This document shows positions 7,781 to 20,962 of a DNA stretch of 64,000 bases, piece after piece. Source of the stretch: an uncultured Planctomycetales bacterium. Its GTDB lineage: Bacteria > Planctomycetota > Phycisphaerae > UBA1845 > JAFGLZ01. How positions within the stretch are numbered: the stretch's first letter is position 1; each line of letters begins with the position of its first letter. The notes beneath the pieces are model-generated. The model did not search any database, had not been told where the DNA came from, and saw nothing but the letters and a program-made list of their open reading frames with translations. Location: the NCBI GenBank assembly GCA_964596165.1, contig CAZQTW010000003.1, positions 43,216 through 107,215 of the forward strand, given 5' to 3'. A program made the position numbers and the translations under genes.

Positions 7781-10369
7781 CTACGGCGCCGGCACAGGCC
7801 GGTTGCCGATCCCGTCCTGAGATGCCTGACGATACGGTTTGTTGTTCTCGTAGAGTGAGGCCCGTCCGGCAACCTTCTCGGCGGCCTCGTAAAGGCCGGC
7901 TTGTCCTGCCATGTCGGCCGCTCGCCGGGCATAGAGCAGTGCCTCCGCGAATCGGCCGCACTCGGCGAATGCCGCCGCCAGCGTGTCCAGCAGCTCCCAA
8001 CGGTCTTGGCCGGCGATCCGGCAGGCACGCTCGGACAGTTCGACGGCTTGAGGACCGTTGCGTATCGTGTCGTGAGGGCAGGTCGCCCTGAGCCACGCCA
8101 GATCATTCAGCAACACAATATCGTTAGAGTTCTGGGCAATCGCTCGCCGAAGGACGTCGTCGGCGGACGCATAGTCGCCGCTGCTGCTCAGGATTTGTCC
8201 CAATTCCGCGGCTGCTTCGGCGTCCTTGGGGTAGAACTCCAGGGCGCGCCGATACTGTCCGGCGGCCTGGTTCGTAAGACCGCGCCGCGCGTACATCCGA
8301 GCGAGCCGCCTGAACCAGGCGATGTGTTCGAGACCGCCGTCTTGCGGTCGGTCGGCACACCGTTCCATCGGCGGCCCGTCGAGTATCTGGTGCAGTTCCT
8401 GGTCTGTCAGTCGATACACCAGGATCGTGTAGTTGACCTGGTCGTCCGGCGTGCGTTGGCGAAGGGCGGCGCAAAGGCGAGCGAACCGCAGCAGTCTGAA
8501 CTGAGCGGACTCCGGGTCGGTCATTTGTGCCGGTTGAGTCGTGGACTCGTATTGGGGCTTCAGGATCTGATAGGCTGCCTCAAACGTTTCCGTCCAGCGA
8601 TTGGTCGGCATCAGGTACATGACCTGGAGCATTGTCGCGCTGATGCAGTAGAGGCCTTCCGTCAGGGGCTCAAGCTGTGGGCGGCGCCATTCCATGTGGC
8701 TGGGCAGCATCACGGCGTCGATGCCAAATCGTTCCGGGTTGTCGGTTCCGAAGTACGACAAGTACGTTCTCGGCCTGACACCGTTGCGATCGATGGTTGC
8801 GTTACGACCGAGCCATGCGTTCAGGCCCGGCAGGTCTTGTCCCCAGTCCAGCGAGCTGTCAACCAGGTGTCTGTATGCGTTGGCCGGTCCGCCGATCAGC
8901 AGGTTGAAATAAGCCAAGTGCTTGGGATGGGTCCAGAATGACGTTAGGGCAAACAACCCGGCGCTTCCGAGGGTGAGCCCGCGAACGAGCGGGCCTCGCT
9001 CTTTCAGTCCCCACACCGCCGCGCCCGCCAGGATGTAGAGCAGAGGGTATATCGGCAGGATGTGTCGGTGCCCGATGTTGATACTGGTGTGAAGCGCCGC
9101 CACCCAGTAGACGATCAAGAAGCCTCCTATGCCGAGTATGCCCAGGCGAACTCCGAAGCGAACGGTGTCGGGCGAATCGGCTTCCGCGTGCTGCTTTTGC
9201 CGGCCGGCGTATGCTGCCAGGGCAAGAATCATGAATACGGCCGGCGATGTCTTGACCGCGAAGGCGTAAGGGAAGAAATACCACCAGCCGGTCGTCCGGC
9301 GCTGTCCGTTGAGGAACCCGTAGCCGGCCCCGATGACCTTGGCCTGGAGAGCCACGCCATACAGGTAGGCCTCGGGCAGCAGGTGGCGGTCTCGACAGAA
9401 TGCCGCCATGCGTCCCGCCACGCCGCAGTCCCGCAGGACATAGTCCCACGAGGTCATTCCCGGCGGCAGCGGACCGGGCACCATATGGCGATCCCGCCCC
9501 GGGACGGCATGCGTCATGGCCTCGAATCGGAACCGGTGAACCGCCCAGATGCCCGTGACGGTGAGGGCCGCCTGAATGGCCATGACGCCGACCCACACAC
9601 CGGCTCTCGCCGCTCGACCGGTCACCGTGAACGATCGAAAGAGGCGTACTTCGACGGCTCTTCCGGAGAGGAGCCGTGCGATCAGCATCAGGATCCCGAC
9701 AGGGACAATCAGCGGCGATGACATCTTGGACAGAAACAGGGCGGCAAGCGAGAGCCCGCCGGCGAGAACGCTGACGACGGTGACCCGTTGCAGGACCCAC
9801 CACAGACAGGCGAGGGCGGCGACGAAAAACAGGCATGCGGACAACTCTGTTGTGACAAGCGGTGCATGTCCCAGCATGTTGGAGCAGAAGGCGTAGAGCA
9901 CAAGGGAGAGGAGGGCCCCCTTGTGTCCGAACAGTCGCCGCGACCACAGATACACCACGACGCCCAGCGCCACGCTCATTGTTACCGTCATCAATCGACC
10001 GTGAAACAGCAGGGTGGCCACGTCGTTTTCCAGGCCGAAGAAGAACTGCCGCCCGATCGATTCGGCATCGGAGATCCACCATGCGGGTTGGTCGAGATGG
10101 GGGAAACGATACCGACCCGACAGGAGCGGCAGGGCGGCCCACATTTTGGACAAGGGGGGTTCAACAGGATCGAGACGATAGTCCCCCGTGACCCAGTAGG
10201 CGTAGCCGCTGGTCAGCCGGACCATTTCGTCGAACGTGGCGGATGTTTTCCGTGCCGTGTCGATCGCCAGGGCGGCGTGGATGGCCAGGAGGATTACGGC
10301 CGGCGGCCAGCCCCAGAGTCGTTGGGCCGGGGTTCGGATTGTGTGGTTGCCCGACGAGTCCATGATCAC
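7781..10369 (-). CDS. GT-C fold glycosyltransferase (PMT/ArnT, GT39/83-like) fused to C-terminal TPR repeats
   Basis: The N-terminal ~560 aa are polytopic, with an FDE acidic motif in the first loop (ATFDEMVRL) as in PMT/ArnT enzymes. The C-terminal ~250 aa carry TPR-like repeats (ARMYARRGLTNQAAGQYRRALEFYPKDAEAAAELGQIL...). GTG start. Confidence 0.8.
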   Translation of the reverse strand: MIMDSSGNHTIRTPAQRLWGWPPAVILLAIHAALAIDTARKTSATFDEMVRLTSGYAYWVTGDYRLDPVEPPLSKMWAALPLLSGRYRFPHLDQPAWWISDAESIGRQFFFGLENDVATLLFHGRLMTVTMSVALGVVVYLWSRRLFGHKGALLSLVLYAFCSNMLGHAPLVTTELSACLFFVAALACLWWVLQRVTVVSVLAGGLSLAALFLSKMSSPLIVPVGILMLIARLLSGRAVEVRLFRSFTVTGRAARAGVWVGVMAIQAALTVTGIWAVHRFRFEAMTHAVPGRDRHMVPGPLPPGMTSWDYVLRDCGVAGRMAAFCRDRHLLPEAYLYGVALQAKVIGAGYGFLNGQRRTTGWWYFFPYAFAVKTSPAVFMILALAAYAGRQKQHAEADSPDTVRFGVRLGILGIGGFLIVYWVAALHTSINIGHRHILPIYPLLYILAGAAVWGLKERGPLVRGLTLGSAGLFALTSFWTHPKHLAYFNLLIGGPANAYRHLVDSSLDWGQDLPGLNAWLGRNATIDRNGVRPRTYLSYFGTDNPERFGIDAVMLPSHMEWRRPQLEPLTEGLYCISATMLQVMYLMPTNRWTETFEAAYQILKPQYESTTQPAQMTDPESAQFRLLRFARLCAALRQRTPDDQVNYTILVYRLTDQELHQILDGPPMERCADRPQDGGLEHIAWFRRLARMYARRGLTNQAAGQYRRALEFYPKDAEAAAELGQILSSSGDYASADDVLRRAIAQNSNDIVLLNDLAWLRATCPHDTIRNGPQAVELSERACRIAGQDRWELLDTLAAAFAECGRFAEALLYARRAADMAGQAGLYEAAEKVAGRASLYENNKPYRQASQDGIGNRPVPAP

Positions 10370-10434
10370 CGGATCCCGTCATGCCCCGTTTCGTACAGGA
10401 CCCGCCACGGGGGCGACGAATTCCCTCGCGGCAC

Positions 10435-13401
<2,967 letters not shown>

Positions 13402-13516
13402 TAACGCAAACTACTCATCATAGTCTCTCTGTTGCCCAAGGCAAGGGCTCAATCTTGACATGTTCGACCGGTTGGGTGGTTGACAAACGCGTTCCGTCCG
13501 GGAGAATGCGGTCCTT

Positions 13517-14953
13517 ATGATCAGGACAAAGATCGTGGCGACCGTGGGTCCTGGCTGTAACACCGTGGAGAAGCTGACGGCCATGGTGAATGCCGGGCTG
13601 GATGTGGTGAGGTTGAATTTCTCGCACGGTACCCTGGCCGATCACACGGTGGCCCTGGAGATGGTGCGGCGGGTTTCCAGGCAGACGGGGAACCTGTTGG
13701 CCGTGGTGGGCGATCTCTGTGGTCCGCGAATCCGTGTGGGGCGCATCAGTGGGGGATCGTGCGAGCTTTCCCAGGGGCAGCACGTCGTCGTCTGTCGGCA
13801 GCCCGTTGAGGGGACGTCTCAGAAGATCAGTACCAATCACCCCAGCATTGTCGACGACGTGTCCGTGGGGGATCGGGTCTTGATCGACGACGGCAAGGTT
13901 CGGCTCAGGATCGTCGACAAGCGAAAGGATGAGTTGGTTTGTCAGGTCGAGGTGGGGGGTATTGTTGCGAACAACAAAGGGATCAATCTCCCGGATACGC
14001 ACATCTCGACGCCCTCTCTGACGCCCAAAGACATGGCCGATCTCGACTGGGCGGTCGCACACGGTTTGGACTATGTGGCCCTATCGTTCGTGCGGAGTCC
14101 CGAAGACCTCTACGAACTGCGCCGTCATCTGAAAGAGCGTGAGAGCTCGATGGGCGTCATCGCGAAGATTGAGGCGGCCGAAGCCATCCGGCAGATCGAC
14201 GAGATCATCGAACACAGCGATGCGATCATGGTGGCCCGGGGCGATTTGGGGGTGGAGATGGATGCCGCTCAGGTGCCGCTGATTCAGAAGGACATTGTCC
14301 TTCGCTGCCAACGGCGGAGCGTGCCGGTCATTATCGCCACGCAAATGCTGCAGAGCATGGTGGATTCACCGGTGCCGACGCGAGCGGAAGTCAGCGACGT
14401 GGCCAACGCCATCCTAGACGGCACGGACGCGCTGATGCTTTCCGCCGAGACGTCGGTCGGTGAATACCCGGTCGAGGCGGTGGCGATGATGAATCGAATT
14501 GCCGCGGAGACGGAGGAGTTTCTGTCTCGAACCGGACCCAAGCTGGAGCACCATCCGCCCGCGGCGTCGCTTCGCGTGACCTCGGCCGTGGTGCAGGGTG
14601 CGCAGATTCTGGCGAGGGAGCTCGCCGCTCGACTGGTCGGTGTCTGGACGGAAAGCGGGTTCACCGCTCGTCTGATCAGCAAGCGACGGCTGACGCAGAG
14701 TGTGGTCGGCCTGAGTCCGGACGAACGCGTCTGCCGGCGGATGGCCCTCTTCTACGGCGTCATTCCGGTGCAAGCGACTCGTCCCGATGACGACAACGCA
14801 ATGCTGGCTCAACTCGATCGGGCGTTTGTGGAGCGAGGCCTTGCGGAACGGAGCGATTTGGTAGTCGTCTTGGCGGGGACCCGGCTTCATAAGCCCGGCG
14901 CGACGAACGCGCTTCTGATCCATTTGGTGGGAATGACGCCTCTGGCCAAGTGA
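13517..14953 (+). CDS. pyk: Pyruvate kinase
   Basis: Motifs RTKIVATVGP, LNFSHG, MVARGDLGVE and ATQMLQSM are present. 478 aa. Confidence 0.95.
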   Translation: MIRTKIVATVGPGCNTVEKLTAMVNAGLDVVRLNFSHGTLADHTVALEMVRRVSRQTGNLLAVVGDLCGPRIRVGRISGGSCELSQGQHVVVCRQPVEGTSQKISTNHPSIVDDVSVGDRVLIDDGKVRLRIVDKRKDELVCQVEVGGIVANNKGINLPDTHISTPSLTPKDMADLDWAVAHGLDYVALSFVRSPEDLYELRRHLKERESSMGVIAKIEAAEAIRQIDEIIEHSDAIMVARGDLGVEMDAAQVPLIQKDIVLRCQRRSVPVIIATQMLQSMVDSPVPTRAEVSDVANAILDGTDALMLSAETSVGEYPVEAVAMMNRIAAETEEFLSRTGPKLEHHPPAASLRVTSAVVQGAQILARELAARLVGVWTESGFTARLISKRRLTQSVVGLSPDERVCRRMALFYGVIPVQATRPDDDNAMLAQLDRAFVERGLAERSDLVVVLAGTRLHKPGATNALLIHLVGMTPLAK

Positions 14954-14982
14954 CTTCGGCCCTGGAGGGGATCGCTCAAGAA

Positions 14983-15002
14983 GACGTCGGGCGCGCGACG
15001 TC
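14983..15002 (-). terminator. Candidate terminator hairpin between convergent pyk and the ATPase gene
   Basis: Perfect 7-bp inverted repeat GACGTCG-ggcgcg-CGACGTC. On the minus strand it is followed by TTCTT. The U-tract is weak. Confidence 0.25.
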
Positions 15003-15021
15003 ATTCCGCGAGAGGCGGAGA

Positions 15022-16950
15022 TCAACGAGCCATCTCGGCCGCGATTCGTCGAGCCAGTGCGGCCCTTCGCGAATCATACTCGATCAGGGGGGGCGGGTCC
15101 TCATCGTCGCCTTCCGCATCGGTCGGCGGGACGGTCATTGCCGGGATCGGCTCCCGACGGAATCTGACAGGCGGTATTCTGTGGGCGGACGATTCTCGGG
15201 CTTCCGCGGGCGGTTGGGGTATGGGTGCCGCCGCGTCGGAGGGCGAAGCAGGTTCCGTCGGTACGGCGCGCGGCGTTTCATGTGCCGAGACCATCGTGCA
15301 ACCCACCGCGCCGAGGCCCATCAGAATCTGACCCAGCGTTCGTATCTGGTCTTGACCGGTTTGAAGCAGCCGGTTCATGGCGGTCATCTGGGCGTCCAAC
15401 TTGTTGGACAGCATCTGCGACTCCACCACGGCGGCGTGGAGCTGCTCCTTCATGCTCGTCGTCCGAGCACTCATCTTGTCCGACAAGTCGCGGGATTCCG
15501 CCTGCACGGATTTCAGGTGTTCCTTCATTCCGGAAACATAGCCGTCCATCTTGTTCAGGAGGGTTCGTGAATCGAGGCAAGCCGTCTGAAGTTGCCCGAT
15601 CAGTTCCGGTACGTTTCGGCTCAATTCCTCGGCTCGATCCATCTGCTCCCGCAGGGTTCGACTGTGCGTATCGGCGTTCTTGTGGGCCATGTTCAGCAAG
15701 GAGATGGTCTGGGCGGCTTGCTGCACCGCCGTCGCCAGATCCCGCGCCCGTTCGTTCTCCTGGGCCAACCGATCGGAGCATTCGTTCGCCTGGCAGGCCT
15801 TTTCGTTGAGGTTGGCCACGATCTTCCGCAACAGTTCGCAGAGGTCGCGCAGTTCGGAGGCCTTCTCATTGGCCAGATGGATGGCGCCCTCGGCATCGTG
15901 AGTGACCTTATTCAGAGCCTGCTCGGTTCGCGCGATTCGCTGATCGATCTCACGAAGCGAGTAATGCGCCCGGATCAGGCCGCCGCGTCCGCCGACCAGG
16001 TCCTCGAGTTGTTCGATCCGTCGGTTCAGATCGGACCGGTCCGAGTCTCGGTGAGTCCTTCGGCGACGGCGGGGCCTTTGGAAGGCGGAGCAGGGTTCCT
16101 TGACGGCATCGTCATCCGTCGGATCGGTTGTGGACCGAAGCGCGTCGGGGCCCATCGTCCGGACGACTTCCTCGACGACGGACTCGTCGATTGTTGGTGC
16201 GGACTTCGCGTAGGCGGTGAGTAGTGCCTGGTCGCAGAGTTGGTTGATCAGTCGAGGCAGTCCGCCCGAACACTCGTGAACGCGTCGGATTGCCTCCGGT
16301 GTGAATATCGTCTTGTTGGCGGCTCCCGCCACGGCCAATCGATGAATGATGTACCCCTCCGTCTCTTCCGCCGAGAGGTTTCCAAGATGGAGCGATCGCA
16401 CGAGTCGTTGCTGAAGCTGCCTCATTTCGGATCGATGGAATCGGTCCAAGAGCTCGGGCTGTCCGAGGATCAGAACCTGGAGGAGTTTGGCGTCGTCGGC
16501 TTCGAGATTGCCGAGCATGCGGACTTCTTCGAAGCTTTCGGCCGGCAGGTTTTGCGCTTCGTCCAGAATGACCACCACGAGGCGGTCCTTCGCATACTGG
16601 TCGAGGAGGTACTCCTCCAGGGCGTGTCTCAATTGCGTCTTGCCGTCGTCGGGGCCGACGGGAATCTCCAGATCGTCACAGATCGTTGCGAGGAGCTCCT
16701 GCGGAGTCAGGCATGAATTGGATATCGTTGCGGTTCGTGCACGGCTGCCGAGTTGCTGCTGCAAGAGTCGACCGAGGAGCGTCTTGCCGCTACCGACCTC
16801 GCCGGTCACGAGGACGAATCCCTTCCGTTGTTCCACGGTGTATCGAAGCGAGGCCAGGGACTCCTCGTGCTGCGGGGTGTTGTAGAAGAACTTGGGATCC
16901 GGGGTGTTGTTGAACGGGGTCAACGAGAGTCCGAAAAACTTGCGGTACAT
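15022..16950 (-). CDS. ExeA/GspA-like AAA ATPase (PEP-CTERM-locus ATPase type) with a long coiled-coil and Pro-rich C-terminal extension
   Basis: MYRKFFGLSLTPFNNTPDPKFFYNTPQHEESLASLRYTVEQRKGFVLVTGEVGSGKT is the characteristic ExeA-type N-terminus and Walker A. A Walker B follows (VVILDEAQNL). Residues ~300-560 are heptad-like and Q/E/L/R-rich; the tail is Pro-rich. Start set at ATG 16950; the track ORF begins 24 codons upstream. Confidence 0.75.
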   Translation of the reverse strand: MYRKFFGLSLTPFNNTPDPKFFYNTPQHEESLASLRYTVEQRKGFVLVTGEVGSGKTLLGRLLQQQLGSRARTATISNSCLTPQELLATICDDLEIPVGPDDGKTQLRHALEEYLLDQYAKDRLVVVILDEAQNLPAESFEEVRMLGNLEADDAKLLQVLILGQPELLDRFHRSEMRQLQQRLVRSLHLGNLSAEETEGYIIHRLAVAGAANKTIFTPEAIRRVHECSGGLPRLINQLCDQALLTAYAKSAPTIDESVVEEVVRTMGPDALRSTTDPTDDDAVKEPCSAFQRPRRRRRTHRDSDRSDLNRRIEQLEDLVGGRGGLIRAHYSLREIDQRIARTEQALNKVTHDAEGAIHLANEKASELRDLCELLRKIVANLNEKACQANECSDRLAQENERARDLATAVQQAAQTISLLNMAHKNADTHSRTLREQMDRAEELSRNVPELIGQLQTACLDSRTLLNKMDGYVSGMKEHLKSVQAESRDLSDKMSARTTSMKEQLHAAVVESQMLSNKLDAQMTAMNRLLQTGQDQIRTLGQILMGLGAVGCTMVSAHETPRAVPTEPASPSDAAAPIPQPPAEARESSAHRIPPVRFRREPIPAMTVPPTDAEGDDEDPPPLIEYDSRRAALARRIAAEMAR

Positions 16951-17335
16951 GATGGCACCCCTTGCAGACCAACGGTTCATTCCCGCTGAGAATATCGGTC
17001 GTTGAGACAGCGCGCTTGACACTCAAGGGGAGCGGGGGGGCGATAATTCCGCTTCGCGTCGCAGGTCACAAGCGAACGACATGGTTATCGGACGTTGCCC
17101 GAGGAGGGTCCTCCGACTGTCGCCGTTCCCGCGTCGATCGTCCGCCGGCGGCGAGAGGTTTTCGGACCCTGGACGGCGTCTCGGCGACGGCCGGGAAATA
17201 ACTAAATCGCTTTGCGGACCATCCGATAATTTGCCACGGACGAGAGCATCCGACCGTACGACTGTCTCCGCGCAGGGGGTGAAAGGCGGTTTGATCTGCA
17301 TCGGCCGGCGTTTTGCCGACGGAGGTGTATGCACG

Positions 17336-18202
17336 ATGGACAGGAGACTGCGACAAGGCAAACCGGTCCTCCGGTCTTGGGCGACTGTCGTCCGGCGAAC
17401 GCGCGGCGCGGCGCGCCTGGCGACGTTCGCGGTGCTGGGCATGGTTGCGACCGGTTGTGACACACGTTCCGAAGACATCAAGGTCTTCTTGCGCTCGGAT
17501 GAGCACAAGGTCTCGGCGACCGAGTATCGTGTGACCCCGCCCGACGTGGTGATGATCAGCGCGCCGGGCCTTCCTGAAGTGGATGGCGATGCGCAGACGG
17601 TTCGTGTCGACGGGATGATTTCTCTTCGCCTGTTGGGTGAAGTGCGCGTGGTGGGCCTGACGCCGGCCGAGATCAGCGCGAAACTCGAGGAGATGTTGAA
17701 GCGGTACTATCACGATCCGAAGGTTCACGTGAGGGTCGGAGGATACAACAGCAAGAGGTACTACGTGCTCGGCGAGGTCAACGGCGCGGGTCCGCATCCC
17801 TACACAGGCCGAGACACGCTGATGGATGCGTTGGCCCGATCGCAACCGAACAACATGGCCTGGCGAAATCAAATCAAGGTTATTCGACCCAGTCCCGACA
17901 AGACCCAACAGCACACGATCACCGTCGACCTCGACAAGATGGTTCAGAGCGGAGACATGCGGATGAACGTCCTCCTGCAAGAGGGGGACATCGTCTATGT
18001 GCCGCCGACACCGCTCGCCTGGTTGGGGATGCGCATTCGCGAGGTCGTGTGGCCGATGGAGGAGGCGGCGCAGGCCTACAGCATTCCCATGAGTTTCATG
18101 ACGACGACCGACTACTACCGGAACCACCACAGCATCGATCACGACGAGCGGGCCAATGACGGCGAATCCTATCGGATATGGCGGCCGTTGACGGGTCGTT
18201 AG
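17336..18202 (+). CDS. Polysaccharide export lipoprotein (Wza/Poly_export + SLBB type)
   Basis: A lipobox-like signal is present (FAVLGMVATGC). The Poly_export-like core reads YRVTPPDVVMISAPG...VRVDGMISLRLLGEVRVVGLTPAEISAKLEE...YYVLGEVNGAGPHPY...LLQEGDIVYVPP. Start at ATG 17336; upstream track codons look non-coding. Confidence 0.8.
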   Translation: MDRRLRQGKPVLRSWATVVRRTRGAARLATFAVLGMVATGCDTRSEDIKVFLRSDEHKVSATEYRVTPPDVVMISAPGLPEVDGDAQTVRVDGMISLRLLGEVRVVGLTPAEISAKLEEMLKRYYHDPKVHVRVGGYNSKRYYVLGEVNGAGPHPYTGRDTLMDALARSQPNNMAWRNQIKVIRPSPDKTQQHTITVDLDKMVQSGDMRMNVLLQEGDIVYVPPTPLAWLGMRIREVVWPMEEAAQAYSIPMSFMTTTDYYRNHHSIDHDERANDGESYRIWRPLTGR

Positions 18203-18265
18203 AAGAAGGGATGGGAGCCTTGCCGCCCGGAGGGGCGGCCCCGTGAAAAACGGAGTATTACGGCG

Positions 18266-20017
18266 ATGGCTCAAAACCTGGAAGATTCGAAGGACATTCG
18301 GCACACGTTGAGCACGGTCATCGAGGTGGTTCGCCGCCGTCGGTGGGCCTTGATCATACCCGGCTGCCTCGCAGCGTTTTGTGCCCTGCTCGTCACGTTC
18401 ACGTATCCGCGGATCTTCGTCGCCAAGACCATGTTCGAACGTCGCGACAGCATCGTGATCGCCAACTTGATTTCCGTCTACCAGCGAAACCCGATTTCCT
18501 TCGCGAACGTCCGGAAGTCCATCTATGTGGACATCAAGGGCTACAAGGCGGTCGAACGTGCCGTGGAACAGCTCGGTTTAGACAAGGGTCTGCCTCGCGA
18601 CGCCAACGGCGACCTGACGTCGGAAGGGCGGCAGGCCAAGCAGGCGATGATCAACCAGATTGCGTCCGACTGCGAAATCTACCTCAGTGACTCGACCGAC
18701 ACGATGGACCTCATTCGAATGTCGCTTTCCAGCAAGGACCCCGCAGCGGCTCGTGCCATACTGACGGCTCTTCGCGACAACTACATTCAGAGCATCCAGG
18801 AACGAATCACGCAGATGTTGGAGAACGCCCAGGCGTACTTCAAGAAGGAAGCCGATCAATTGCGGGAGATTGTGTCCCAGCACGAAGCGGACATGGTCAA
18901 GTTTCGCTCGCAGTTCTCGGGCGCCGATCCGGCCGACCCGGAGTCAATCGTTCACCGCCTGACGGCCCTGACCGTTCAACGGGAGGATCTCAAGCGACGG
19001 GCCCAGGAACTCGAGATGGAAATCCGTCTGAATGAGGACTATCTCGGCAAGAACACGCCGACGACGTCGAAGCCCGCGTCGAGCCAGCCTCGCGTGGCGA
19101 CGGTTCGAGTTGAGCCTCCTCCGACTCGGCCGAACCCGGCCAGGGCCGAGGTGCAGCGCAGGATCGACGCGCTGGTGGCGCTGATTGCGGAGAGGAAGAT
19201 GGCGATGACGGAGGAACATCCCGAGGTTCGGCGACTGCGGATGAAGCTTGCCCAGGCGGAGCATGAACTGTCGCGGACGCCCCCGCTCATTCCGGTGGAT
19301 GTCGCGCCGACCGTGGCGGCGGCCGCGCCTTCCTCTCCCGATACGGAAGGCCAGGCACGACGGTTCGAGCAGTTGCGCTTGGAGGTGGCTCAGCGGAACC
19401 TCCAGCAACAGTTGGCCAAGACGCGGCACGATCTGGAGCTGGTTGAGCGGCAGATCGCTCGATACGAGGCGGAAAAGGGGGCGATCTTCGAGCGGCGCCA
19501 GGAATACCTGCGGCGCCAGGAGCAACTCAGCAGCGCGATGGCCAGTTTCAAGCAGGAAATGAAGCGTTACGACGGCGTCACCGAAATCCTCAAGGCCGAG
19601 CAGAACAAGCGCGGCGTGAGTTTCAAGGTCCTGGAGGAGACACAGGTTTCGCCCAAACCGGTATCGCCGACGATGAGTCGACTCACAACGATGAGCCTGG
19701 GATTCGGGTCGGCCGTCGGATTGGCCTGCGCGGTCTTGCTGGAGCTGCTCGACCGCACGTTCCGGGCGCCGAGTCAAATCAACTCGATCCTTCAGTTGCC
19801 GGTGCTGCAATGCATCGGGGAATTCGTCAGTCCCGGGATGAAACGACGTCGGTTGGCCAAACGGGTCGCCCTTCACCTGGTGGCGACGGTGCTGATTCTG
19901 CTTGTGTGCGCGACCTCCGGGCTCGTCTACCTCAGTCTGGAGAAACCGCATCTGTACGAGAGGCTGAAGATGAATCCGGAGGCCATGACGCTGCGAGTCA
20001 TGGGCATCGCTCCTTAG
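18266..20017 (+). CDS. Polysaccharide chain-length determinant / co-polymerase (GumC/Wzz-like), without a kinase domain
   Basis: It has an N-terminal TM (WALIIPGCLAAFCALLV), a long coiled-coil periplasmic region and a C-terminal TM (VALHLVATVLILLVCATSGLVYL). The gene sits between the exporter and the BY-kinase. Confidence 0.75.
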   Translation: MAQNLEDSKDIRHTLSTVIEVVRRRRWALIIPGCLAAFCALLVTFTYPRIFVAKTMFERRDSIVIANLISVYQRNPISFANVRKSIYVDIKGYKAVERAVEQLGLDKGLPRDANGDLTSEGRQAKQAMINQIASDCEIYLSDSTDTMDLIRMSLSSKDPAAARAILTALRDNYIQSIQERITQMLENAQAYFKKEADQLREIVSQHEADMVKFRSQFSGADPADPESIVHRLTALTVQREDLKRRAQELEMEIRLNEDYLGKNTPTTSKPASSQPRVATVRVEPPPTRPNPARAEVQRRIDALVALIAERKMAMTEEHPEVRRLRMKLAQAEHELSRTPPLIPVDVAPTVAAAAPSSPDTEGQARRFEQLRLEVAQRNLQQQLAKTRHDLELVERQIARYEAEKGAIFERRQEYLRRQEQLSSAMASFKQEMKRYDGVTEILKAEQNKRGVSFKVLEETQVSPKPVSPTMSRLTTMSLGFGSAVGLACAVLLELLDRTFRAPSQINSILQLPVLQCIGEFVSPGMKRRRLAKRVALHLVATVLILLVCATSGLVYLSLEKPHLYERLKMNPEAMTLRVMGIAP

Positions 20018-20047
20018 ACACGCGACCGAAACGTCGGAGAGGCTTTC

Positions 20048-20962
20048 ATGGGCAGGATTGCAGACGCATTGAGAAGGGCGGAAGAGGAACGAACGCTATC
20101 CGCCTCGATATCGCGTCCGGGCGCCCGGGCGGTCGGCGGCGTCGCCGTGGCGGAGGGAGAGGCGTCCGAGATCGCCCGGCCGCCTCGTTTGGGGCTCCGC
20201 CCCGACACTCCACCGACCTCGGAGAGCCGCACCCGCACCGGTTTTTCTCCGGAGACCGCCGGGCGTGGGACCGACCCGGCGCTGGTGGCACTGCGGGGCT
20301 ATGACTCGATGCTTGTGGAGCAGTACCGTGCCCTGCGGACGCGATTGCTGAGCCAGAGCGGACGGGCGCGGTCCCAGGTCATCGCCATCACGAGCACGCT
20401 TTCCGGTGAAGGAAAGACCGTCACCACCGCGAATCTGGGTTGCGTCATGGCGGAAGTCAAGCACCTGCGGATATTGCTGGCCGATGCCGATTTCAGAAAG
20501 ACGCGATTGGGGGGCCTGTTCGGGCTGAAGTCAAGCCCCGGTTTGGTGGAGGTGCTTCAGGATCGCACCACGCTCGACGAATCGGTTCAGAAAACCCAAG
20601 TGCCCAACCTCGACCTCATGGCGGCGGGAAACACCCAGGGAGTGAATCCCGCGGAGTTGCTGAGTTCCAAGCGAGCGGCGGCCGTCTTCGACGAACTCAA
20701 GGATCGATACAACTACGTTTTGGTCGACACGCCGCCGTGTGGTGACGTGGCCGATGCGGGAATCGTGGGGCAAGTCGCCGACGGCGCACTCATGATTGTC
20801 CGGTTGGGAAAGACCCCACAACCCGCGGCCAAACGGATCGTCCAGATGCTGCGGGCGAGCAATGTGAGGCTGATCGGGTGCGTCTTGGTCGGTTCGGACG
20901 AGGAGCGTTCTCCCTACGGCTATGACGACTACGGATACGGGATACGCGAGAAGGGAACGTAG
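20048..20962 (+). CDS. Bacterial tyrosine (BY) autokinase, CpsD/CapB-like, free-standing
   Basis: Walker A is ITSTLSGEGKTVTTANLG, Walker A' is LLADADFRK and Walker B is YVLVDTPP. The C-terminus has a Tyr cluster (SPYGYDDYGYGI). GGAGAGG lies upstream of the ATG. Confidence 0.85.
   Translation: MGRIADALRRAEEERTLSASISRPGARAVGGVAVAEGEASEIARPPRLGLRPDTPPTSESRTRTGFSPETAGRGTDPALVALRGYDSMLVEQYRALRTRLLSQSGRARSQVIAITSTLSGEGKTVTTANLGCVMAEVKHLRILLADADFRKTRLGGLFGLKSSPGLVEVLQDRTTLDESVQKTQVPNLDLMAAGNTQGVNPAELLSSKRAAAVFDELKDRYNYVLVDTPPCGDVADAGIVGQVADGALMIVRLGKTPQPAAKRIVQMLRASNVRLIGCVLVGSDEERSPYGYDDYGYGIREKGT

Noticed and set aside
13455-13486. Two TTGACA hexamers upstream of pyk as promoter -35 elements
   Set aside because: No acceptable -10 hexamer lies at 16-18 nt from either. 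The best is GAGAAT at a 15-nt spacing, which would imply a leaderless mRNA. Support is insufficient.
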